A stretch of DNA of 32,000 nt from Sedimentisphaera cyanobacteriorum. Lineage in GTDB: Bacteria > Planctomycetota > Phycisphaerae > Sedimentisphaerales > Sedimentisphaeraceae. The translations under genes were made by a program, and so were the position numbers. Location: NCBI RefSeq assembly GCF_001997385.1, contig NZ_CP019633.1, positions 1,380,001 to 1,412,000 of the forward strand, read 5' to 3'. Positions 1-7,978 of the stretch are shown here, in pieces (the stretch's first letter is position 1; each line of letters begins with the position of its first letter). Below the pieces are notes generated by a model. It ran no database searches, had not been told where the DNA came from, and worked only from the letters and a program-made list of their open reading frames with translations.

Positions 1-1
1 A

Positions 2-733
2 AGGCTTAAAAATTCCTTCTGGACGCTGAACAACTCCAAAATCAGGGATTACAATGAGCTGGAGAGCTTCCGTCAGAGGAGCGAGAGATACCTCCGTGAA
101 ACTGAAGGATATTCCTGTTTCTCCATGGAAACTGGAAAAGAATACCCCAGCGCAGGTTACTACTGCCTAAGGGAATACGGAAAGATGCGCCTCTACCCTT
201 ACAACAGCGAGCATACACGAAGCGGCAGCCAAATACTGAAAGACTGCTGGGAGCTTGCAAAATACAACAACCCGAGCAAGTGGCTGATACTTCTTCAGGA
301 CTTTGGCGAATACAGCCCTGAGTTTGCAGCTGCGGCCTCCTGCTCAGGACTGCCCGGGATGAAAGCCCAGTTTTTCGAAAAAATCGAGGACAAGCAGGCA
401 GTTTCTGAAGTTTTTGAGGTTTATGCGGAAAACTCAGAACAGCTCTGCAATCTTTTCACCTTCCCGATAGGAGAAAGCCCCAGCGGCGAGTCTTGGGCAG
501 GGTTTCAGTTTTGCAGCCGGGAAGCAAAAGAGGGCTTTATCCTGATTTTCCGTGAGAAAGAAAACACGTACAAAAACAACACTGTAAAATTGCTGTTTTT
601 AGGGTCAGGAAAACTAAAAATTACTAATCTTCTTGAAAAGACAGAAAAAATAACGGATTGCGATGATGGTTTTGTAGGTTTGAGGATGGATAAACCAGGC
701 GATTTTCTTTTTCTCAAATACGAAAAACTATAA
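2..733 (+). CDS. 3' portion of a gene that starts upstream of the window. Uncharacterised protein whose C-terminal part resembles the beta-sandwich tail of some glycoside hydrolases (weak)
   Basis: Frame 2 is open from base 2 (RLKNSFWTLNNSK...) through the listed Met at 125 to TAA at 731-733. I recognised no diagnostic catalytic motif. The tail ...WAGFQFCSREAKEGFILIFREKEN...KLLFLGSGKLKITNL...GDFLFLKYEKL only loosely recalls GH C-terminal domains. Confidence 0.55.
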   Translation, partial: RLKNSFWTLNNSKIRDYNELESFRQRSERYLRETEGYSCFSMETGKEYPSAGYYCLREYGKMRLYPYNSEHTRSGSQILKDCWELAKYNNPSKWLILLQDFGEYSPEFAAAASCSGLPGMKAQFFEKIEDKQAVSEVFEVYAENSEQLCNLFTFPIGESPSGESWAGFQFCSREAKEGFILIFREKENTYKNNTVKLLFLGSGKLKITNLLEKTEKITDCDDGFVGLRMDKPGDFLFLKYEKL

Positions 734-778
734 TTTTTTTGAATTATCACGTAATTATTCTGTAACTAATGTAAATAG

Positions 779-3700
779 TTGTTAGAATATTCGGAGGCGG
801 CAAATTTAAAGAGTATTAAGGGTAACAGTTTAACGGATTATAGAGTCTTGAGATTATCAAAAATAAACTTAAAGACTAAAAGCCTTCGCAAGACACACAT
901 AATATACCTGGCAGGTATGTTTTTGTTGTTTATAACTCCGCTTTTCTGTCAGCAGTACTCACTTCGCCTTTCGAAGAAAATCGAGCAGCAGGCGGAAAGG
1001 GAGGAAGCTCTGCTTTCTTTAGCCTATCAGATGCAGCTTAAGATGCGCATTGCCTCTCAGTATTTCGAGACCTACTGCATTTCCGGCGAGGAGAGCTATG
1101 CAGTAGAGTTCGCCAAGATAGTAAACCAGATGGGGGGCACAAAAGCAATGCCCTTCCAGGAAGGCTTCGATGAAAACAGACGTCTTTATTCTAATGTTTC
1201 TCCGCAGCGTTTCGGGCTCAACAGCTCTCAGGGATCCAGCCTCAACAGCATCATAGACCAGATCAACAATCTTGTAGATTTTGAAATAGAATTCAGCAAG
1301 AAGATTCGAGAGAAATACACAGGACGCGATCCTAACGAAGTAGATCCCAAACTGGCAAGCAGATACTCGATCCTCTCAGGCAGAGACGATGTTATGGCCC
1401 CGGATGTTTACGAAAATTACTTCCAGAAAAGGCTTCGCATCAGGGATAATTTAGACGGCGTGATCTCTGAGTTGGGGGATTCATCGAGCAAACTCCGGGA
1501 GAAAAACATTGAACATCTTTCGGTGATGTCGGTTGTCAGTCAGGCGGCGACAGGCCTTTCTATAATCGGTCTTATCGGGCTCTCATTTTTTATGAACAAG
1601 AAGATAATAAGAAGAATCCTGAAAGGCTCTGAATCGCTTGAGAAGAACATCCGCGAGAACAATCTCTCTGCAAGGCTTAACTTCGGCGAGAGCGAAGATG
1701 AGATCGGCAGGCTCTCAAAATCTTTCAACACCTTAACGGCAAGGCTTTCTAATAATTATGAATTTCTAAGGACGATACTGAGCTCTGTTAATGAGGCTAT
1801 TATCGTCTGTTCTCCGGATAAAGAGATTCTCAGAATGAATGAGTCTGCTGTTCGTATGACGGGCATAAGCGAGCAGCCGGAAGGAAGCAAGGCTGATAAT
1901 ATTGTCAAGCTCACTCATAACGGGCAGAAAGTTAGTCTGGAAGAGATTATAGACAGCGTAATCGCCCGGGCGGAAACCCGAAGCCTCAAAAAAGATCTCA
2001 ATATGAAGTCTGCTCAGGGAGCTGAATATATAGTTGAGCTGGTGGCTAAACCTCTGCAGAATGAGAGCGGGGGAACATCAAACGTTATCATATCAATATT
2101 CGATTTCACTTTCCAGCATCAGCAGTTCCAGAAGCTTGTGGAGGCACAGAAGAAATTTGAGCTTCTGCTCAAGGGGTCTATGCTGGGGATGTGGGAGTAT
2201 GACTACAACGAAAATGCCTTTTATACCCAGCCGGGTTTCTTCAGGATGCTCGGGTTAGAACCGCTCGGGGAAGGGCCTCATTCACCTAAAATCTTAAAAG
2301 ATATATGTCATCCGGACGACTATGAAAACCTGATGGATTCAATTCTAAATTTCAGCGAAAATCCAAAAAGCGGGATTAAAGCGAGATTTCTGAGCGGCAC
2401 AGGGAAATGGCGGAAAATTTATATCTACTGCGAATTTCTCGATTATCACAATACAGGCTCGAAAGATCTGCTTGCCGGCTTCAATCAGGATATTACAGAA
2501 CAAGTGGAAGCTGAGCGGAAAATTGCCGAAAGCCATACCCTCCATGACGTGGCGGAAATTGCCAGCCTCGGATACTACAGCTACAACTTTGAAAAGAAGA
2601 CATACGAAATTTCCGGCGGTATCAGAAAGATAATGGGGATGCCGGAAGGACAAACAGAAATTTCCCTAGATGAGCTCGCTGATGCGATAGAGGGCAGCGA
2701 AGAAGACGTTCCTCTGGTAGCCAAAAACTTTGAAAAATACGGACCTGGAATTGAGCCCAAAAAATTCCTTATGACGCTCGATTACAAAGGCGTAAGAAAA
2801 ACGCTCAGGGTGCAGCCTCAAATCGAAAGAGACCAAAAGGGAGAGCCGAAAGGCCTTTGGGGCGTTGTTCAGGATGTAACCGACTTCGAAAAGGCACGCA
2901 AAGAGGCAGTGGAGAAATCCGCCCTATTCCGAGATATAACTGAAAACTCTATGTTCGGCGTATTTATAACCAGAAACAATGAATTTGTTTATTCAAATGA
3001 GCGTTTTGCAGAGCTCATAGGAGAACATCCGGATAGCTTAAAAGGCAAACATTACAGTGATTTATTTGCTGAAAAAACCTGCTCGCAACTTCAAGCGATA
3101 AACACCAGCAAAGACGGTACAGAGAACAATCCGCTTAATTTCGGGATTAAAATAAGCACAAAAGAAGGCAGGAGCTTCATTGCAAACATCTACCAGCGAA
3201 GCATTGAATACAACTCCCGCGAGTGCGTGCTGGTAATGCTCTGGGACGACACAGAAAAGGCTCAAACAGAACAGCAGCTTCGGCTCAATCAGTTTGCTAT
3301 GGATTCGAGCAACGATGAGATCTACGTATGCGATGAAACCGGAAATATCATCTACTGCAATGAAGCAGTTGCCCATAATACCGGCTACGACAAGGAATCT
3401 CTGAGGGGCGAGAATATCTCGAGAATCTTCAACACAAACGAGAAATATCAAAACCGCCTGCTTGCCCAAGGAAGCAGCCGAATAGATAAGTTTGTTCAAA
3501 CACGTAAAGACGGAAGTAAATACACCTCAGAGGTTAATATAACCAGCTTTATTTCGCCTGAAGATAAACAGCTATACTGCATTGTTTCCAGAGATATAAC
3601 CGAACGAATCGAGATGCAGAAGAGCCTGCAGCTTATGAGCAAGGCTATAAACTCCTCAAGCAACGAGATCTATATCGCCGACAAAGACTCACGCATTATA

Positions 3701-5443
3701 TACTACAATGAAACTGTGCTGAAAAACACAGGCTACACTCAGGAGGATATGGAATCTGTTCGTGCTTGGACAATGGCTCAGTCCAGCACGATGAAAAACA
3801 TCGAGGACTACCGCGAGCTTTACAGCAGTCTCCAGCCTGGGCAGAACCTCACAAAAAGAAGCAAACAGAAAAGGAAAGACGGCAGCCTCATCAGCGTAGA
3901 GGTTGATATAATAGCCTTCAATTCACAAGACGGAGAAAAACTCCTTGCAGCAATCGTTACAGACGTAAGCGAGAGAGAGGCCTACGAGGAAAGACTCCTC
4001 CAAGCTAAACAGGCAGCTGAATCTGCAAATAAGGCTAAAAGTACATTTATAGCAAATATGAGCCACGAGATCCGCACCCCTCTTAATGCTGTTATAGGTT
4101 TCAGCCAGATACTTGCTCTCGAGATAGAAAAAGACAGCCATAAGAGCTATGTGGAATCAATTAATACCGCCGGACAGGCACTGCTTTCTCTTGTAAACGA
4201 CATACTCGATATCTCCAAAATCGAAGCAGATAAGATTAGTATGACATCTAAAGAGACAGATGTTCTCAAAATGCTTGAAGAGATCAGTATGATATTTAAG
4301 TACAAGGTAATGCAGAAGAATCTGAGCTTTTCTTTGGATGCAGGCAGCATACCAACCCTTATGCTGGATAACAAACGCCTAAATCAGGTACTGATAAACC
4401 TTGCGGGCAATGCTGTGAAATTCACCGACGAGGGCAGTATTGAGATGGGCGCAGATTTTCAGTATAACTATGGTGATAACAGCCGAGGCACCCTAACAAT
4501 ATGGGTTAAAGACAGCGGAATAGGAATCTCAGAGGAGAATCAGAGAATAATTTTTGAGGAATTCGAGCAGGTTGAGCTTTCCGATTCAAGGAGCTACGAA
4601 GGTACAGGGCTCGGACTGAGCATATCTCAGAAACTCATAAAACAGATGGGCGGGGAAATATTCCTTGAAAGTGCGCTCGGTGCAGGCAGCTGTTTTACAA
4701 TAGTTCTTCCTGACCAGAAGGCAGTAGATAAGCCCGATGTAATAAACGACAATAATCAAAAGGACGTATTCCTTAGGGCAAAAGGTATAAGGGCAATGGT
4801 GGTGGACGACATTCAGGACAACCGCTATATGCTCGAGGAGTACCTACAGAAGATTGGCTTCGATACACTCTCAGTTGAAGGTGCAGAAGCAGGGCTCAGC
4901 GAGCTTTACAGCTTCAAACCGGATATAATCATATCAGACTTGCGAATGCCTGTAATAGACGGCAGCAGCTTTGCCCAGAAGATCAGGCAGGATGAAACCT
5001 TTGGCGATATACCGATAATCGCCCTCACTGCGGCTATGGAAAGCAGCATCTCCTACGACTTGACAAGTTTCGATGAAACCCTGCTTAAGCCGGTAAACTT
5101 CAGCGAGCTATGCGATGTTTTGAGCAGATATTTTGATTTTGAAAGCTCAAAGATAAAGGCTTATGAGGATGAGTATAAAAAGGTTTCGCCGGAATATTCA
5201 ACTGTTATCTGGGAAAGTACAATAGAACCCCTGAAAAAAATGATAAACTCAGGACTTGTGATAAACGAGGTCTCGCTTGCAGCTGATAAGATAATTTCCT
5301 TCGGCGAGGAAAAAGATGAAGAAGGCCTTACAGAGATAGGCAGAAAACTGAAAATGGCAGTGGAAACTTTTGATGTTGTTCAAATTGAAAAGCTCATAAA
5401 CAAGCTTGAACAGATTTGCTCCGCTGAAGAGGAAGAGGTTTAG
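779..5443 (+). CDS. Hybrid sensor histidine kinase/response regulator (TM, extracytoplasmic domain, TM, HAMP, 6x PAS/PAC, HisKA, HATPase_c, REC, His-less helical tail)
   Basis: TM1 is IIYLAGMFLLFITPLF and TM2 is VMSVVSQAATGLSIIGLIGLSFFM. HAMP-like segment: ...EDEIGRLSKSFNTLTARL. Six PAS-like modules follow; the last two are clear duplicates (NDEIYVCDETGNIIYCNEAVAHNTGY / SNEIYIADKDSRIIYYNETVLKNTGY). H-box is MSHEIRTPLNAV (His codon 4064-4066). N/G boxes are NLAGNAVKFT, DSGIGI and GTGLGLSI. REC has VVDD, phospho-Asp in IIISDLRMP (codon 4937-4939) and LLKP. The start is uncertain: TTG 779 (ORF track), TTG 848 or ATG 917. ATG 917 would truncate TM1, so an upstream TTG is favoured. Confidence 0.93.
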   Translation: MLEYSEAANLKSIKGNSLTDYRVLRLSKINLKTKSLRKTHIIYLAGMFLLFITPLFCQQYSLRLSKKIEQQAEREEALLSLAYQMQLKMRIASQYFETYCISGEESYAVEFAKIVNQMGGTKAMPFQEGFDENRRLYSNVSPQRFGLNSSQGSSLNSIIDQINNLVDFEIEFSKKIREKYTGRDPNEVDPKLASRYSILSGRDDVMAPDVYENYFQKRLRIRDNLDGVISELGDSSSKLREKNIEHLSVMSVVSQAATGLSIIGLIGLSFFMNKKIIRRILKGSESLEKNIRENNLSARLNFGESEDEIGRLSKSFNTLTARLSNNYEFLRTILSSVNEAIIVCSPDKEILRMNESAVRMTGISEQPEGSKADNIVKLTHNGQKVSLEEIIDSVIARAETRSLKKDLNMKSAQGAEYIVELVAKPLQNESGGTSNVIISIFDFTFQHQQFQKLVEAQKKFELLLKGSMLGMWEYDYNENAFYTQPGFFRMLGLEPLGEGPHSPKILKDICHPDDYENLMDSILNFSENPKSGIKARFLSGTGKWRKIYIYCEFLDYHNTGSKDLLAGFNQDITEQVEAERKIAESHTLHDVAEIASLGYYSYNFEKKTYEISGGIRKIMGMPEGQTEISLDELADAIEGSEEDVPLVAKNFEKYGPGIEPKKFLMTLDYKGVRKTLRVQPQIERDQKGEPKGLWGVVQDVTDFEKARKEAVEKSALFRDITENSMFGVFITRNNEFVYSNERFAELIGEHPDSLKGKHYSDLFAEKTCSQLQAINTSKDGTENNPLNFGIKISTKEGRSFIANIYQRSIEYNSRECVLVMLWDDTEKAQTEQQLRLNQFAMDSSNDEIYVCDETGNIIYCNEAVAHNTGYDKESLRGENISRIFNTNEKYQNRLLAQGSSRIDKFVQTRKDGSKYTSEVNITSFISPEDKQLYCIVSRDITERIEMQKSLQLMSKAINSSSNEIYIADKDSRIIYYNETVLKNTGYTQEDMESVRAWTMAQSSTMKNIEDYRELYSSLQPGQNLTKRSKQKRKDGSLISVEVDIIAFNSQDGEKLLAAIVTDVSEREAYEERLLQAKQAAESANKAKSTFIANMSHEIRTPLNAVIGFSQILALEIEKDSHKSYVESINTAGQALLSLVNDILDISKIEADKISMTSKETDVLKMLEEISMIFKYKVMQKNLSFSLDAGSIPTLMLDNKRLNQVLINLAGNAVKFTDEGSIEMGADFQYNYGDNSRGTLTIWVKDSGIGISEENQRIIFEEFEQVELSDSRSYEGTGLGLSISQKLIKQMGGEIFLESALGAGSCFTIVLPDQKAVDKPDVINDNNQKDVFLRAKGIRAMVVDDIQDNRYMLEEYLQKIGFDTLSVEGAEAGLSELYSFKPDIIISDLRMPVIDGSSFAQKIRQDETFGDIPIIALTAAMESSISYDLTSFDETLLKPVNFSELCDVLSRYFDFESSKIKAYEDEYKKVSPEYSTVIWESTIEPLKKMINSGLVINEVSLAADKIISFGEEKDEEGLTEIGRKLKMAVETFDVVQIEKLINKLEQICSAEEEEV

Positions 5444-5640
5444 AGCGAGATTATTCTTTCTGCTATAAGCTCTGCTGTGAATTCGGCAGTATGATTGTGA
5501 AAATGTAATTTCACCCGCCAAAAAACCTTCCGAAAAGGGTTTGTAATGCCTGCGAAAAATATCGAGTTTCATATTGACAACGACTTATGAGAATTTACCT
5601 CCGAAGTCAAGAACCCTTTTGATTGCAGTAGTTTGCATAA

Positions 5641-5676
5641 AAAAAACCCCTCTTTGCAAAACCAGATAAAAAGGGG
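5641..5676 (-). terminator. Rho-independent terminator downstream of tRNA-Leu
   Basis: Minus-strand RNA reads CCCCUUUUU-(12 nt loop)-AAAGAGGGG (9 bp, one G-U) followed by UUUUUU. It lies immediately 3' of the tRNA. Confidence 0.6.
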
Positions 5677-5681
5677 CGATT

Positions 5682-5765
5682 TAGCCAAGGTGGGACTCGA
5701 ACCCACACGACCTTTCGGTCAGGGGATTTTAAATCCCCAGCGTCTGCCTATTCCGCCACTCGGCC
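5682..5765 (-). tRNA. tRNA-Leu (anticodon UAA), class II with long variable arm
   Basis: The cloverleaf was folded by hand from the reverse complement (84 nt). Acceptor GGCCGAG/CTTGGCT (two G-U pairs), D-arm GCG-GAATAGGCAGA-CGC. Anticodon stem GGGGA/TCCCC with loop TTTAAAA (anticodon TAA). 15-nt variable arm TGACCGAAAGGTCGT, T-arm GTGGG-TTCGAGT-CCCAC, discriminator A. CCA is not encoded. Confidence 0.92.
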
Positions 5766-5781
5766 ATAATAAGAAAGAGAG

Positions 5782-5809
5782 ATTATACTAATAAGGGCAT
5801 TGTTTTCAA
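5782..5809 (-). promoter_or_regulatory. Sigma70-like promoter for tRNA-Leu
   Basis: The minus strand reads TTGAAA-N16-TATAAT. The -10 ends 16 nt upstream of the mature tRNA 5' end. Confidence 0.55.
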
Positions 5810-5894
5810 GATGCAAGATAAGCGATTTTGAAGCTGATTTTATAAGGGGGCAGTTGTCTAATGTTAGTATGGTTCGGCAGAAAACCAGAAATGC

Positions 5895-5931
5895 AAAATA
5901 AAAAAAGGGTTCCGCAAAAAACACGGAACCG
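5895..5931 (-). terminator. Strong rho-independent terminator with no annotated gene upstream (orphan)
   Basis: Minus-strand RNA reads GGUUCCG-UGUUUUUUG-CGGAACC (7 Watson-Crick bp) followed by CUUUUUUUAUUUU. On the plus strand no U-run follows, so it is directional. Confidence 0.65.
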
Positions 5932-6330
5932 CTTTAACCCTTTAATCCCAGCCATATTTAACTGCGATACTGAGAATAATTGTATAAACGCCGCTGGTCA
6001 TTTCAAAACCATTATACGAAATTAAATAACCATTCTGCGTAGAAAGAGATTAAAAGAGGGCAAGAAGCCGTTTGTGCGGCTAATTATTCACAAAAATTTC
6101 TCAGCGAAAGCAAATATTGTGCGACAATATTTCCCGGCAAAGCTTTTTAAAGCCGCATCTATCCGCTTGTTTCCCGCCTTCGGCGGACAGGCTTTCTGCC
6201 TTTGGCGGACTCCACGTGCGGCTCTGATTGCCCTTAGTATTAGGCAGCAATTCCACGACACGAAATATTTAAGCCGAGCCACGAATGAATCCGCCGCAGG
6301 CGGAGAGGTATAGGAGGGGAGATTTTTTAA

Positions 6331-6360
6331 CCGCTAATTTTCACTAATTTCCGCTAATAT
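6331..6360. repeat. Three tandem 10-bp units CCGCTAATTT / TCACTAATTT / CCGCTAATAT
   Basis: Read directly from the sequence. The 10-bp period is exact, and CTAAT is invariant in each unit. Confidence 0.8.
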
Positions 6361-6365
6361 GGTTT

Positions 6366-6400
6366 CTTCGTGGTGAATAATTCATTTTAAAACCACGAAG
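6366..6400. repeat. Perfect 9-bp inverted repeat CTTCGTGGT-N17-ACCACGAAG, part of a CCACGAA/TTCGTGG motif cluster
   Basis: Read directly from the sequence. The same 9-mer CTTCGTGGT recurs at 6520-6528. The heptamer or near-copies also occur at 6253-6264, 6279-6285 and 6503-6509. Confidence 0.8.
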
Positions 6401-6569
6401 GATATTTGTAAGATATTTTATAGAAGGGCTTTACATTCTTAAAAACAACCTGTGCTATCCGTGTCATCTGTGCATAATAATTTCACCAAAAAAAATATCC
6501 CCTTCGTGTGTTTCTAGGGCTTCGTGGTAAAAAAAACACAATTTTTTCTTAGATAATACCAAATTCTTC

Positions 6570-6598
6570 TTGAATATATGATTAAATATTGGTATATA
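6570..6598 (+). promoter_or_regulatory. Candidate sigma70-like promoter for the PEP-CTERM protein gene
   Basis: TTGAAT-N17-TATATA in an AT-rich tract about 70 nt upstream of ATG 6671. Confidence 0.3.
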
Positions 6599-6670
6599 TA
6601 ATAATAGAATTAGTATAGTTGGTATAACACCCTGAAAAATTTGGGAGATTTGTGTTGAAAGGTAGTTTAA

Positions 6671-7564
6671 ATGAAAGAAAAAAGTTGTTCATTCAAGTTC
6701 TTGGCAGCATCAGCAATGGTTATGTTTTTATTGCCCCAAGCCTTCGCATCATTTTCATTTTCCGGCAGCAATGGAATATGGTCAGGCTCAAACTATCAAT
6801 CAGTCAGTAGCTGGAGCCAAGTGTCTAGTGACGATAAGATCGCTGTTGGCTATACTGACCAAGGCTCTCTTGAGGGCGATGGAGGCAGTGTTGAAAGTTT
6901 AAATCGAATTTACGTTGGTCACAATCATTACGGCGAACTCTCTCTCTCCGGAGAAGGTACAACATTGAATGTTAATGGCTCGGAAAATCTGTCGGTTGGA
7001 ATGGGAGCTTCTGGGCTGATAGAAGTTCTTTCTGGAGCAGCTCTTAACACAAATCATAACCTTGTAATTGGAGATGGGGATTTAGGCGAAATGACTATTA
7101 ATAATGGAACCGTAAATTGCACTAACCACTTAATTTTTAATTACAAAGATAACTCAGATAACAGCAGCATTACAATTACTAACGGTGGTTCTTTGACTTC
7201 AAACACATACTTGTACACAGTTAATAACACCGCAAACCTTACTATAGAGGATGGCTCGGCTTCCTTTGAGAATATATATGCCGCTGGTTCATCTGTAACG
7301 AATGTCAACATCGGACTTGAAGGCAGTATTTATCTTGCCGGCGGAGGCGACAGCATCGATTCTTTTATTGAAGCTATCAGTAAAGATTCTAATGCTTCAT
7401 TTGAACTGAAGCTATGGAACGATGGTGCTTATGTAAGTTACAGCTCATTACAGGAAAATACTGACTACTTTGTCTCAGATGGTATGATTACTGTCCCCGA
7501 GCCGTGCAGTATAATGCTTTTCTCTTTGGGCGGGATGCTTTTAAGACGTAAGACAGCAGTCTGA
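6671..7564 (+). CDS. Secreted repeat protein with PEP-CTERM sorting tail (T5SS/PEP-CTERM-associated repeat type)
   Basis: Signal peptide is MKEKSCSFKFLAASAMVMFLLPQAFA. Internal beta-strand repeats resemble autotransporter-associated repeats (...LSLSGEGTTLNVNGSENLSVGMGASGLIEVLSGAALNTNHNLVIGDGDLGEMTINNGTV...). The C-terminus VPEPCSIMLFSLGGMLLRRKTAV has the PEP motif, a TM helix and a basic tail. Confidence 0.85.
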   Translation: MKEKSCSFKFLAASAMVMFLLPQAFASFSFSGSNGIWSGSNYQSVSSWSQVSSDDKIAVGYTDQGSLEGDGGSVESLNRIYVGHNHYGELSLSGEGTTLNVNGSENLSVGMGASGLIEVLSGAALNTNHNLVIGDGDLGEMTINNGTVNCTNHLIFNYKDNSDNSSITITNGGSLTSNTYLYTVNNTANLTIEDGSASFENIYAAGSSVTNVNIGLEGSIYLAGGGDSIDSFIEAISKDSNASFELKLWNDGAYVSYSSLQENTDYFVSDGMITVPEPCSIMLFSLGGMLLRRKTAV

Positions 7565-7892
7565 TTTATTTGCTCGGCGCATAATTTTTATCGCTGATTA
7601 AGCAGATTTATCCAGCAGGCAGCTTGCGAAGCCGGCAAGTGAGAGTGTAAAGCTGTGAAAGGAAATAACTTACAATAATTTTTCCGCAGTTTTGGCGTGC
7701 ATTGCTGTTTAAGGTTAATTATTTACATCTAAAACTGCAAATACACAAAAAATCTTACATTTTTTCTACTATTCCTTCCTTTTAACCTTGTATTTTTTTC
7801 TAATCATTATATCTTATATTAATGGAGAAATGTGAATAAGTTTTATAAACCGCGAAAAATAAATTAATCAAAAACTAAAAAATTTGAATTTT

Positions 7893-7915
7893 TTCTTGCA
7901 TTTCTTCTTGCATTT
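7893..7915 (+). repeat. Tandem 11-mer TTCTTGCATTT x2 (12-bp period) overlapping the -35 of the downstream promoter
   Basis: Read directly: TTCTTGCATTT c TTCTTGCATTT. Confidence 0.75.
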
Positions 7916-7936
7916 TAAAGTAATAACACTTAGAAT
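7908..7936 (+). promoter_or_regulatory. Candidate sigma70-like promoter for the dockerin protein gene
   Basis: TTGCAT-N17-TAGAAT. The -10 ends 6 nt before the ORF-track ATG at 7943, which argues for the downstream ATG 7979 as the real start. Confidence 0.4.
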
Positions 7937-7978
7937 AATGCTATGGAAAACAAGGAACTCAATAAAAAGGGGCACAAG

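Noticed and set aside
5500-5545. Hairpin AAACCTT-CCGAAA-AGGGTTT as the terminator of the kinase gene
   Set aside because: The stem is only about 7 bp with a wobble pair and has no following T-run, so it is too weak to call.
5249-5572. 107-codon minus-strand ORF at the 3' end of the kinase gene
   Set aside because: It mostly overlaps the well-supported kinase ORF in antisense and has no motifs.
5682-5765. tRNA-Leu as the attachment site of an integrated island
   Set aside because: No integrase gene is adjacent, and I saw no direct repeat of the tRNA 3' half elsewhere in the window. The flanking genes look like ordinary chromosomal content.
6074-6313. Overlapping 79-codon (+) and 64-codon (-) ORFs in the long intergenic region
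   Set aside because: They overlap each other on opposite strands and coincide with the GC-rich palindromic hairpins. They lack an RBS and give Arg/Ala/Cys-rich translations. They are better explained as non-coding structured DNA or RNA.
6253-6528. Possible CRISPR array, suggested by the repeated CTTCGTGG/CCACGAA units
   Set aside because: The repeats are only 7-9 bp, occur in both orientations and are irregularly spaced. No cas genes are present.
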